DNA from: an uncultured Alphaproteobacteria bacterium
GTDB taxonomy: Bacteria; Pseudomonadota; Alphaproteobacteria; Rhizobiales; Kaistiaceae
Length of the DNA stretch: 64,000 nucleotides
NCBI GenBank assembly: GCA_963784605.1
Contig: CAWARW010000021.1
Location: 809-64,808, forward strand
Direction of reading: 5' to 3'
Positions within the stretch are counted from its first letter, which is position 1. Each line of letters starts with the position of its first letter. The notes under the pieces are model-generated. The model worked only from the letters and a program-made list of their open reading frames with translations, had not been told where the DNA came from and ran no database searches. The translations under genes were made by a program, and so were the position numbers. Shown one piece after another: positions 33,923 through 42,871 of the stretch.

Positions 33923-33996
33923 CCTACAATCGCCACATAGACAGGAATGCTTGGCCGCCGCTCGGCCCGGCATTCGCCGGCTGCGGCGGCAGGGTT

Positions 33997-35547
33997 TCAC
34001 CGGCAGAAGATGGGACTGGTCCAGGTCCACTGGCCATTCGCCTGGCGCATGCGCAGGTAGACCGAGTCGCCACGCTCAAGAGCCTCGAGCGGCACCTCCC
34101 CGCACCATTGCCAATCCGCCGGACGGGGCAGCGGATGAAAACGGTAGGCGGGGCTGTCGATCGGCCCCAGGTTGCCGGCCAACGCCCCCTCGAACAGCCG
34201 CTTGGCGGGCACCTCGATCGTCTGTCCATCGAAGGTGGCGCGAACGAGCGAGCCGTCGTGCACGCGGACCCGCGCACAGATCGCCTGCGTCGCCGGCGTG
34301 ACGTTGTTGGGATTGGCACGCGCCAGCAGGCGGAATGCGATGGCATTGTCGTGGCACGCGATCGAATCGGTCTGGTCGGGCTCGTCCGTGCCCTCGAGCG
34401 GCGACACGACTTCCGCTCCCCGCAGCCGCGGCTCGACCGCCAGCAGGTCGCCATCGACCAGTTCGATCGAACCGACCCAGTCGTGGGCCTTGCCTCGTTC
34501 GCCCCACCCCAGTTCCACCACCAGGAGCGTTTCGACGCGGTCGCCGCTGGCATCGATCGGATGCGGCGCCAGTTCCGGTGTGATCCGCGACGCCAGCCGG
34601 CCATTTCTCACGACGTCGATGAACGCGATGAAGCTGCCGCCGACGGCTTCGATGGCGAGCCGGCAGGGCCCGCGCGGCGCGATGAGACTGCCTTGCGGGC
34701 GATCGCCGATCGCCGCGAAGAGATGCGTGCAGTCGCCGGTCAGGGCATTGGTGCGCCGCTGCCGAAACGCGTCCCATAAGTCCCCGCGCGTGTTGTCGGC
34801 CGCATAGACGCAGCTTCGTCCATGACCGTAGGAGCCGGGATAGCCGCTATGATGATCGGTGTTGCCGATCAGTCCGAAGACGTATCCGTGGCCAAGCCCG
34901 TGACGCACCGTCGACGGTCCGTCGCTCGGGCCCATGGAATGGAGAAACGGGCGGTCGCCCAGCGAGGTTTCCGAGCACCCGTGCATGGAAATCATCTCCA
35001 GCACCGGCGACAGGTTTTCGTCGAAGGCGGCCCAGTTGATCCCGCGCGCTCCGCTCCGGTAGCCGATGTGGTGGGGGAAGGCGAACGCTCGGCCGGGGTA
35101 GCGCGCCTCCAGGCGGGCGCGCAGTTCGGCGGGGCTGGCGGCCTTGACCAGGTCACGTTGATCGAGATCGCGATAGACGATCGTGTAGTCGCCGTATTCG
35201 CTCGAGTGGATTTCATAGCCGGGAAAAACGGTGAACTGGCCCGGCTGGTCGTACGCCGCCAGCAAATCGAAATGGGCCGGCCAGGTCTTCTCCAGCTTTG
35301 CGAAACCCTTGACGTGGAAATCGACGATGTGGGCGACGCGCGGGTCGTCGACCGGCATGTCGGGCCAATCGGCGTGACCGGTCACCGACACGAAATCGAG
35401 TTGGCGACGCGCCCGCTTCAAGGCTTCGTCGAGGCTTCCGTGGCCGTAGGACAGGGCGCAGTGGTTGTGGATGTCGCCATAGAAGGGGCGGTACCCCAGC
35501 CGTGCCGCCAAAGGGGTCAGTCGGTCGGGCAGGCGCTGCTTCAGCAC
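33997..35547 (-). CDS. PHP/CehA-like metal-dependent hydrolase family protein (516 aa)
   Basis: GTG 35547 is preceded by gaggg, directly after the upstream gene's stop. The N-terminal FYGDIHNHCALSYGHGS...DFVSVTGHA is an HxH-type PHP-like metal site. The upstream part of ORF 33997..36033 overlaps the next gene out of frame. Confidence 0.6.
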   Translation of the reverse strand: MLKQRLPDRLTPLAARLGYRPFYGDIHNHCALSYGHGSLDEALKRARRQLDFVSVTGHADWPDMPVDDPRVAHIVDFHVKGFAKLEKTWPAHFDLLAAYDQPGQFTVFPGYEIHSSEYGDYTIVYRDLDQRDLVKAASPAELRARLEARYPGRAFAFPHHIGYRSGARGINWAAFDENLSPVLEMISMHGCSETSLGDRPFLHSMGPSDGPSTVRHGLGHGYVFGLIGNTDHHSGYPGSYGHGRSCVYAADNTRGDLWDAFRQRRTNALTGDCTHLFAAIGDRPQGSLIAPRGPCRLAIEAVGGSFIAFIDVVRNGRLASRITPELAPHPIDASGDRVETLLVVELGWGERGKAHDWVGSIELVDGDLLAVEPRLRGAEVVSPLEGTDEPDQTDSIACHDNAIAFRLLARANPNNVTPATQAICARVRVHDGSLVRATFDGQTIEVPAKRLFEGALAGNLGPIDSPAYRFHPLPRPADWQWCGEVPLEALERGDSVYLRMRQANGQWTWTSPIFCR

Positions 35548-35576
35548 TGGGAACCCTCGGGGAGGGAAGGGGGCGC

Positions 35577-36341
35577 TTACAGATCGCCGCTGATCCAGCG
35601 GACCATCCGGCAGACGAGCGTATCGTAGCCGTCCCAGTCCATGAAGGCCCGCGACAGCCAGTGCGGTCCGATATCCGTGGTCCATGCCAGCGTTCGGCCG
35701 CGGCCATAGTCGCGGACGCACAGCAGGGGATAGCGGCGGCCGCGGTAGGGCGAGGACACCAGCACGCGGCTCTCGGGATCGTCGCGCGCAACGACCTTGT
35801 TCAGGCCGAGGATCGGCGGCCACGGGGCCGGCACCGCCGCCAGAATGGCGTGCCGGCTGTCGACCATTTCCGCCGCAAGTCCCTCGGGCGCCTCGAGGCC
35901 GTCGGCGTGCGGCAGGCAAGTCACCGGCAGGCAGTCTTCGAGCGGCGTTTCGTGAAACCGCGCCATCCCGTCCATGCCCTGAAAGCTCGTATAGCCGCCC
36001 GCCATCATCAGTCCGCCGCCGGAATGGACCCATTGGCGCAAGATTTCGAGCCGGTTGACCCCCGGCAACCCCTGTCTCGTCTCGGGCGTCAGCAGCAGCG
36101 ACAGCGCACCCACGTCGGACAGGACCACCGCCGAAAAGGCCTGCAGTTCGTCGAGCGAGCGGGGAAATTCGGTTTCGCAGCGTTCGCCGCCGATCTGCGA
36201 AACGGCCATTCCCGCCCCGCGCAACGCCGTCAGGAAGCGGTCGGCGCCATTGACCAGCGTCGCCGAACTGCCGACGTCGTATCCCTTGGCGACTGAGGAG
36301 ACGATCATGAACGTCTCGCCGGCGAGCAGCACAGGTTTCAC
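35577..36341 (-). CDS. Class I glutamine-amidotransferase-like (DUF1355-type) protein
   Basis: MKPVLLAGETF...AVVLSDVGALSLL...GGGLMMAGGYTSFQG resembles the putative GATase1-like family. It is the last-but-one gene of the ABC operon. Confidence 0.6.
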   Translation of the reverse strand: MKPVLLAGETFMIVSSVAKGYDVGSSATLVNGADRFLTALRGAGMAVSQIGGERCETEFPRSLDELQAFSAVVLSDVGALSLLLTPETRQGLPGVNRLEILRQWVHSGGGLMMAGGYTSFQGMDGMARFHETPLEDCLPVTCLPHADGLEAPEGLAAEMVDSRHAILAAVPAPWPPILGLNKVVARDDPESRVLVSSPYRGRRYPLLCVRDYGRGRTLAWTTDIGPHWLSRAFMDWDGYDTLVCRMVRWISGDL

Positions 36342-36499
36342 CGAATCCTCCTCGTCATCAGCCCGCCAGGGCGGGACGACCGGCGCCCGTGGCTTGCCGG
36401 TCGCCGAAACTGCGCCATCGGCGCTCGAGCGGTCTGCTCAGTCGAAGCAAGTCGGCAGCGGCGCCTGAACGGGAGCACAGGCGCCGCCGATCAATCGCG

Positions 36500-37504
36500 C
36501 TAGAACTTGAACTCTTCAATGTTCTGCGGGGTGACGATCTGTGCCGGACCCAGCACCACTTCGCCATCCTTTCCGACCGTGTACTTGCCCAGCCGGCCGG
36601 CCTCGAAGGTGTCGCCTTCCTTGGCCACCTTGCACATCGCCACCTGCTGCGCGGCGTAATAGGTCAGGTAACCCAGGTCTTTGACGTTCCACCAGATGTC
36701 CTGGACACTGCCGTCCTGGATGTACTTCTTGATCAGGGTCGCCGGAGCCAGGCCGGTCAGCTTGAGCTTGCCGAGCAGCTTTGCCTGATCGAGCGCGCGG
36801 GCCGCGGCCGGCAGGCCGATGCCGGCGGGGATGATGATGCCCTTGAGGTTCGGAAACGCCTGGGCGAGCGCCAGAGCCTGCTGCTGGTTGATCTGTTCGC
36901 TCTCCTGGCCGTAGGCAACCTGCACGAGGTTCATCTTGGCAAACTTCGCGTCTGACTTCATGCGGGCTTTCATGAAGTCGATCCAGGCGTTCTGGTTGCT
37001 CGCCGTCGGCGTCGACGAGAGGATGGCGAAGTCACCTTCGTAGCCGATGAGCTGGCCCATCGACTCGAGCATCATCTCCGCCAGGCTGTCGCCCTTGGCC
37101 TGGTTGAGGAACAGCGTGCGCGCGCCCACCGCGACGTCAGAATCGTAGGAGACGACCTTGACGCCCTGTTGCATCGCCCGCTTCAGGGCGGGGGCCACCG
37201 CGTTGGCATCGTTCGCCGAGATGGCGATGACCCCAACCTGCTGCGAGACCAGATTGTTGATGAAGGCGATCTGGGCTTCTGCGGTCGCCTGAGACGGCGC
37301 TTCCTTGATCGCCTTGCCGCCGATCTCGCCGGCGGCTTCCTCGGCGCCGGTCTGAGCGACCTGGAAATAGGGGTCTGTGTCGAGTTTGGGCAAAAAGCCT
37401 ACGGTCACGGGCGCGGTGGCGCATTGTTCGGCGGCCATCGCAGCCGGTCCCAACAGTGCGATACCCGCCGCTAACCCAAGGACTTTGGAAAGTCTTCCGG
37501 CCAT
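36500..37504 (-). CDS. Sugar ABC transporter periplasmic substrate-binding protein (CUT2; RhaS/LsrB-like)
   Basis: A signal peptide MAGRLSKVLGLAAGIALLGPAAMA, then a type I periplasmic-binding fold (VTVGFLPKLDTDPYFQ...VVSYDSD...). Confidence 0.85.
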   Translation of the reverse strand: MAGRLSKVLGLAAGIALLGPAAMAAEQCATAPVTVGFLPKLDTDPYFQVAQTGAEEAAGEIGGKAIKEAPSQATAEAQIAFINNLVSQQVGVIAISANDANAVAPALKRAMQQGVKVVSYDSDVAVGARTLFLNQAKGDSLAEMMLESMGQLIGYEGDFAILSSTPTASNQNAWIDFMKARMKSDAKFAKMNLVQVAYGQESEQINQQQALALAQAFPNLKGIIIPAGIGLPAAARALDQAKLLGKLKLTGLAPATLIKKYIQDGSVQDIWWNVKDLGYLTYYAAQQVAMCKVAKEGDTFEAGRLGKYTVGKDGEVVLGPAQIVTPQNIEEFKF

Positions 37505-37565
37505 CGTATTTCCTCCTTGCTAGACTCCAGGTTGGAGCTGGATTGAGTGCGGGGGCGCCTGGAAT

Positions 37566-38573
37566 TCACCCGTCGCGCTTTTGTGGAGACAGGCTGCGTG
37601 TGAGCTTGCCGAATATCTGCTGGGCGGCATTGCCGACGGTCAGCGACACGATGAGCAGCAGGCCGATGGCGGTCCCCTGCGCGTCGCCGCCCACCTGCAG
37701 CAGGCCGAGGACATTGCGGATGACCGCGACCAGCAGCATGGCCCAGAAGACGCCGGTCAGGCGTCCCTTGCCGCCGAAGACGCTGACGCCGCCGAGAAGC
37801 GCGATGGTGATGACGTCCAGCTCGACGCCGACCGCATTGTCGGCGCGCGCGTTGGCCAGCCGCGCCGTGTAGACCATGCCGGCAATGGCGCAGACGACGC
37901 CTGAGACCACGAACAGCCCGAAGATCGTGCGGCCGATCCGGACGCCCGAATAGCGCGCCGCGTCGGGGTTGCCGCCAATGGCGTAGATGCGCCGGCCAAT
38001 CGGCATCTTCTGCAAGACGATGACGAAGACCGGTGCCAGGACGAGGAACGGCACGAACGTCCAGGGGATCGGCGTTCCCGGCACGTTGTTGATGCCGAAA
38101 TCGAGGAAGCCCTCGGGAAAGGTGTTGACCGAGGCGACGCCCAGAAGGATGTAGCCGACCCCCCTGAACAGGGCCATCGTGGCCAGCGTCACGATCAGCG
38201 ATGGCAGGCCCAGCACCGTGACCATCGCGCCATTGAAGGCCCCGCACGCCGCGCCGGCGAGCAGCGTCAGCAAGATCGAAGGCGCCAGCGGCATGCCGGC
38301 CTGGGTCAGCAGTCCGAAGACCACGCTGCACAGCGCAAGGGTGCTGGCGACCGACAGGTCGATCTCGCGGCCGATGATGAGCAGCACCATGGGAAGCACG
38401 ATCAGCGCGCGCTCGGAGATGCCGGCGATGGCCTGCGAAATGTTGAAGGCAGTGAAGAAATTCGGCACGCCGAAGATGGCGTAGAGGACGACCACGATGG
38501 TCAGCCCCGCCAGGAAATTGTCCCAGTTGCCGTAGCGATCGAGAAGCGACGGCTTGTGCGCGACGACGCTCAT
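37566..38573 (-). CDS. Sugar ABC transporter permease (CUT2, RbsC-like)
   Basis: MSVVAHKPSLLDRYGNWDNFLAG... is polytopic and contains IDLSVAS and GGNPDAARYSG motifs. Its start overlaps the upstream gene's stop by 4 nt. Confidence 0.9.
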   Translation of the reverse strand: MSVVAHKPSLLDRYGNWDNFLAGLTIVVVLYAIFGVPNFFTAFNISQAIAGISERALIVLPMVLLIIGREIDLSVASTLALCSVVFGLLTQAGMPLAPSILLTLLAGAACGAFNGAMVTVLGLPSLIVTLATMALFRGVGYILLGVASVNTFPEGFLDFGINNVPGTPIPWTFVPFLVLAPVFVIVLQKMPIGRRIYAIGGNPDAARYSGVRIGRTIFGLFVVSGVVCAIAGMVYTARLANARADNAVGVELDVITIALLGGVSVFGGKGRLTGVFWAMLLVAVIRNVLGLLQVGGDAQGTAIGLLLIVSLTVGNAAQQIFGKLTRSLSPQKRDG

Positions 38574-41140
38574 GCCCTGGCCCTTCTCGAAGCGCGGGCG
38601 GTGCGCCGCGTGACGTAGGTGTCGATGGCAACGGCAACCAGGATGACCAGGCCGTAGATGCCCTGCAGCCACAGCGGATCGACACGCACCAGGGTCAGCC
38701 CGTTGTTGATCACCAGCAGGGTCACGGCTCCCAGGGCCACCCCGAGCACCGACCCGGAACCGCCCCGGATCGCGACGCCGCCGACGACGACTGTGGCAAT
38801 CACGGTCAACTCGAAGCCGTAGGCGACGCGGGCATCGATCGTCGCGTAGCGCGATGCCCAAAGGGCACCGGTGAAGCCGGCGAGCAGCCCGGCCACCGCG
38901 AAGGCCAGCAGCACGCGACGCTGGATGGGAATCCCGATCAGCTTGGCGCCATCCGGGTTGGAGCCGATCGCATAGAGCTCGCGACCGATCGCCAGCGACC
39001 TCAGGCCCCAGGCGATCGCCGACAAGGTCACCACGGCGATGATGGGAATGGCCGGAATGCCGAACAGGTTGGCACTGGTCACGTCGAGCCAGGCTTGCGG
39101 CACCTGATCGGCACTGATCTGCTTTCCGCCGGCCCACAGGCTGTTGATGCCGCGGAAGATCGACATGGTTCCCAGGGTGACGACGATGGCAGGGACCCTG
39201 GCATAGGAGACGACCAGACCGTTGGCGATGCCGCAGGCGAGGCCGATGGCGCAGGACAGGAGGATCGCGCCGGCGACGCCGATCTCGGGATGGATGTGCA
39301 ACGTCGATGCGGCGCCGTAGGCGGCAAGTCCGATGACGGCCGCCACCGACAGGTCGATGCTGCGCGTCAGGATGACCAGCATCTGCGCGGTCGCCACGAT
39401 CATCAGAAGTCCCGCGTCCATGCTGAGGGCGGTCAGGTTGGACGCGCTCAGCATGCGCGGGTTGATCGCGACGACCGGGATGACCAGCGCGACGATGGCG
39501 GCCACCAGACCGAATTCGCGACGAATGCGGAGCCGCGCCGGAGCCGATGGCGCAGCCTCGGGCCGCGGTTCGTCGCCGGTTGTCGGCGGCTGCAGCTTGA
39601 CCACGTTGTCGGCCGGCTGGTCGGCGTCGGTGGCCGCCCGGATGATCTTCTCCTGGGTCGCTTCCCCACGTTTGAACTCGCCCGCGACGTCGCCTTCGCG
39701 CAGCACGATCACGCGATCGCACATGCCCAGAAGCTCGGGGAGCTCGGAGGAGATCAGGATGATGGCCAGTCCCTGGGCGGCGAGGTCGGCGATCATCGCG
39801 TGGACGTCCGCCTTGGTCTGGACGTCGATGCCCTGGGTCGGTTCGTCGAGGATGAGCACGCGCGGCCCGGTGGCCAGCCATTTCGACAGCACCACCTTCT
39901 GCTGATTGCCGCCGGAGAGGGTGCTCACCGCCTGGTCGTAGCTGCTGAAACGCAGCCGCAAGCCGTCGAGGTGGGGCTTGGCCAGTTCCAGCTCCCTGGC
40001 GCGGTTGACCAATCCCAGCTTCGTCACCTTCTCGAGGACGGGCAGCGACGCGTTGTCGAGAATCGAAAAGTCCATGACCAGGCTCTGGCCGATGCGGTCT
40101 TCGGACACATAGGCGATGCCGCGATCCATCGCGTCCTTGGGCGAGTGGAACGTCACGTCTTCGCCGTTCATCGAAATGGTGCCGGTGTCCGGCCGGTCGA
40201 TGCCGAACAGAACGCGCGCCACCTCGGTACGGCCGCTGCCCACCAGCCCGCCAAGTCCGAGCACTTCGCCGGCACGCAGATCGAAGGATACGCCCCGAAA
40301 GGCGCCGCCGCGGCCGAGGTCGCGGGCACTGATCGCAACGGCGCCGGGGCTGCCCTTGCGCTCAGGATAGAGACCGCTGAGCGTGCGGCCGATCATCAGC
40401 TGCACGGCGCGGTCGCGGGTCAGGGCATCGGCACGCTCGGTGCCGACCAGATGCCCGTCGCGCAGCACCGCGATACGGTCGGCCACGCGGTAGATCTCGT
40501 CCATCCGGTGACCGACGAACATCATCGCGACACCGTGCGCCCGCAAATCGTTGACCACCGCGAAGAGGCGCTCGACCTCGCGCTGCGACAGCGCCGCGGT
40601 GGGCTCGTCCATGATCAGGACACGCGCGTCGAGCGACAGCGCCCGCGCAATCTCGATCAACTGCTGCTCGGAGGTGCGCAGGCGCGACAGCGGCATGTCG
40701 ACGTCGCAGCTCAGCCCCACCAGGCCGAGCAGGCGCTCGGCCTCCCGGCGCCTCTGCGCATAGTCGATGGTCAGCGACGGACGGGCGGCCGGCTGGCCGA
40801 TGAAAAGGTTCTCGGCGACGCTGAGGTCAGGGAACAGACCCGGATGCTGGTGCATCACGGCGATGCCGGCGCGCTGCGCGCTGAGGGGAGAGGCGAAATG
40901 TTGCGGCCGCGCCTCGAGCATGACGCTGCCGGAATCGGGCCGGTAGACGCCGGCCAGAAGCTTCACACAGGTGCTCTTGCCAGCGCCGTTCTCGCCCAGC
41001 AGCGCCAGCACTTCGCCGCTGTGCAATTCGATCGAAACGTCGGCGACCGCGATGGTGCCGCCAAAGATCTTCGTCACCCCGGACAGGGAGGCGATCACGG
41101 CGCCACGCGTCGGCTGCGAGATGGTTGCCGGCACGGACAT
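38570..41140 (-). CDS. Fused sugar ABC transporter: duplicated ATPase (RbsA-like) plus C-terminal permease domain
   Basis: A single uninterrupted frame of 856 aa from ATG 41140. It has two ABC cassettes (GENGAGKST...LIMDEPTAAL; GSGRTE...LSGGNQQKV...LILDEPTQGID), a linker of about 40 aa, and then an RbsC-like polytopic domain (IDLSVAAV...GSNPDGAKLIG). Confidence 0.85.
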   Translation of the reverse strand: MSVPATISQPTRGAVIASLSGVTKIFGGTIAVADVSIELHSGEVLALLGENGAGKSTCVKLLAGVYRPDSGSVMLEARPQHFASPLSAQRAGIAVMHQHPGLFPDLSVAENLFIGQPAARPSLTIDYAQRRREAERLLGLVGLSCDVDMPLSRLRTSEQQLIEIARALSLDARVLIMDEPTAALSQREVERLFAVVNDLRAHGVAMMFVGHRMDEIYRVADRIAVLRDGHLVGTERADALTRDRAVQLMIGRTLSGLYPERKGSPGAVAISARDLGRGGAFRGVSFDLRAGEVLGLGGLVGSGRTEVARVLFGIDRPDTGTISMNGEDVTFHSPKDAMDRGIAYVSEDRIGQSLVMDFSILDNASLPVLEKVTKLGLVNRARELELAKPHLDGLRLRFSSYDQAVSTLSGGNQQKVVLSKWLATGPRVLILDEPTQGIDVQTKADVHAMIADLAAQGLAIILISSELPELLGMCDRVIVLREGDVAGEFKRGEATQEKIIRAATDADQPADNVVKLQPPTTGDEPRPEAAPSAPARLRIRREFGLVAAIVALVIPVVAINPRMLSASNLTALSMDAGLLMIVATAQMLVILTRSIDLSVAAVIGLAAYGAASTLHIHPEIGVAGAILLSCAIGLACGIANGLVVSYARVPAIVVTLGTMSIFRGINSLWAGGKQISADQVPQAWLDVTSANLFGIPAIPIIAVVTLSAIAWGLRSLAIGRELYAIGSNPDGAKLIGIPIQRRVLLAFAVAGLLAGFTGALWASRYATIDARVAYGFELTVIATVVVGGVAIRGGSGSVLGVALGAVTLLVINNGLTLVRVDPLWLQGIYGLVILVAVAIDTYVTRRTARASRRARA

Positions 41141-41331
41141 GTCAGCCCAGCGCCCGCGCCGGACGCCCGCGTGCCGCGACCACGCGTGATCGACACCGGA
41201 CCTGTTGCACAGCGACTGCTGGTCGCACGTCTCGCACTCCCCCCGCATTTCCTCGCCGCCTGGCACCGCCGCGGTGCAGGCTGTCGGCAGCCGAATACGC
41301 CCCGTAGGGCGGCTCGCTGCGCTTTATTATT

Positions 41332-41346
41332 AAAGCAGATTGCTAT
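41332..41346. promoter_or_regulatory. Candidate operator half-degenerate palindrome (ROK regulator site 2)
   Basis: aaagcag-a-ttgctat matches 5 of 7 positions of the inverted half of the 41578 palindrome. It lies in an AT-rich patch upstream of the ABC operon. Confidence 0.3.
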
Positions 41347-41577
41347 AAGATTTATCGGGTATCGTCAATGAGCATGTGGTCGGGCAGTCCTGCGACCAAA
41401 TGGCTGTAGGCGGCAGGACGGCGGATTCGATCGGCAGGGATGACCGGCGCCACGCAGCGTGCGCCGACACCCGGAACGGCCTGCGAAAGGACGGAAAGCG
41501 CCAATTCGCGCTTGGGAGTCGACCGCCGTCGGTGTAAGGGACTTGGCAAGGGGATCGTAAGGCGACTGCGCTAGTGT

Positions 41578-41592
41578 AAAGCAGTCTGCTTT
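41578..41592. promoter_or_regulatory. Candidate operator: perfect palindrome AAAGCAG-T-CTGCTTT
   Basis: A perfect 7-1-7 inverted repeat 31 nt upstream of the ROK regulator ATG, in the divergent intergenic region shared with the ABC operon. Confidence 0.4.
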
Positions 41593-41622
41593 TAAACAGA
41601 AGACCCGGAGAGGGCGTTCGAA

Positions 41623-42858
41623 ATGGCCGGCGGGAGCAACTCCGTACAACTGCGACACTACAACGAGCGCGTCATTCTCGACGCGATCCGGCGGTTTGGC
41701 CCGACATCCAAAGCAGAAGTCGCGCGCTATGCTCACCTGACCCCGCCCGCCGTTGCCAGCATCGTCGAAGCGCTGGTCGTCGCCGGCTATGTCAAGACGA
41801 ACGGCAAGCGGTTTGGCCGCAAGGGGCAGCCGTCGGCGCTGTACGAACTGGCACCCGACGGCGCTTATGCCATCGGGCTTCACATCGGCCGCCGGGCTCT
41901 CGATGCGATCCTGGTCGACTTCGTTGGCCACACCTGTGCGTTCGAAACGCACGAATACGATCATCCCAATCCTGACGACGTCCGCCGGCTGGGCAATGCA
42001 ACCATCCGCCGCTTCCGCAAGCACCTCGGCGAGCGGAACCGGGAGCGACTGGTTGGTGTCGGGATCTCCGCCCCCTATTTCATCGGCGCCTGGGATGGTG
42101 AGCTCGGCTTTCCCGCGGATGTGCGGGAGGGCTGGCGCGCCATAAACCTCGCCTCGGATTTCCTGGAGACGGACGGCCTGCCGGTGCTCGTCGAGAACGA
42201 TGCCTCGGCCGCCGCCGTCGCCGAGCTCATCTACGGCGAGGGCAGGCGGTATGGCGACTTTCTGCACATCTCGATCAGCACGTTCGTTGGCGCCGGGCTG
42301 ATCATGGACGGCACCCTGCAGACGGGGCCGAATGGCAACACCGCCGCGTTTGGTCCCTTTCCGGTAACCCATTCCGCGCTTTCCTCGGTGCCCAAACCCA
42401 AGGGCAAGTTCGAAGTGCTCCTGCATCGCGCTTCGATCTACACCCTGGTGAACCACCTGCGCGCCGGTGGCGCCGCCGTGCGCCGCGTGCGGGAACTGGA
42501 CCCGATGCCGGCGGCCGCCGCGCCGCTGGTTTCCGAGTGGCAGGACGATTGTGCCGACGCCCTCGCTCAGGCGATCATCGGCACGATCGCGGTGGTCGAT
42601 CTGCAGGCCGTTCTCGTCGGCGGGCTGCTGCCCGAACCGCTGCTCGTCGATACGGTGTCGCGTCTGCGCAGCCGATTCGCCGATATGGTGCCGTCGGGCC
42701 TGATCGTTCCGGAAATCATGGCGGGATCCCTCGGCGCCAAGGCATCGGCCGTCGGTGCGAGCCTGTTGCCGGTCTACGCGATGTTTGGCCCGGACGCCGG
42801 CGTGCTGACCAGGAAAGGCACCGACCGGAAGCCGCTCATGGTCGGGTCCACCATCTGA
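41623..42858 (+). CDS. ROK family transcriptional regulator (NagC/Mlc/XylR-like)
   Basis: An N-terminal winged HTH (ERVILDAIRRFGPTSKAEVARYAHLTPPAVASIVEALV) followed by a ROK sugar-kinase-like domain. 411 aa. Confidence 0.85.
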   Translation: MAGGSNSVQLRHYNERVILDAIRRFGPTSKAEVARYAHLTPPAVASIVEALVVAGYVKTNGKRFGRKGQPSALYELAPDGAYAIGLHIGRRALDAILVDFVGHTCAFETHEYDHPNPDDVRRLGNATIRRFRKHLGERNRERLVGVGISAPYFIGAWDGELGFPADVREGWRAINLASDFLETDGLPVLVENDASAAAVAELIYGEGRRYGDFLHISISTFVGAGLIMDGTLQTGPNGNTAAFGPFPVTHSALSSVPKPKGKFEVLLHRASIYTLVNHLRAGGAAVRRVRELDPMPAAAAPLVSEWQDDCADALAQAIIGTIAVVDLQAVLVGGLLPEPLLVDTVSRLRSRFADMVPSGLIVPEIMAGSLGAKASAVGASLLPVYAMFGPDAGVLTRKGTDRKPLMVGSTI

Positions 42859-42871
42859 CCGGCCCGGCCGG

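Noticed and set aside
38570-41140. The ATPase-permease fusion, considered as an assembly artefact like the other frame problems.
   Set aside because: It was not rejected as a gene. Both domains are in the same uninterrupted frame with a plausible linker, so a single indel cannot explain it. It was kept as a real fusion, with verification suggested.
39095-41371. A 758-aa plus-strand ORF. The ORFs at 41365..43113, 46711..48408 and 62759..63832 are similar cases.
   Set aside because: Each is antisense to a gene with clear ABC, ROK, PrpD or permease signatures, and each has His/Arg/Asp/Gly-rich low-complexity translations.
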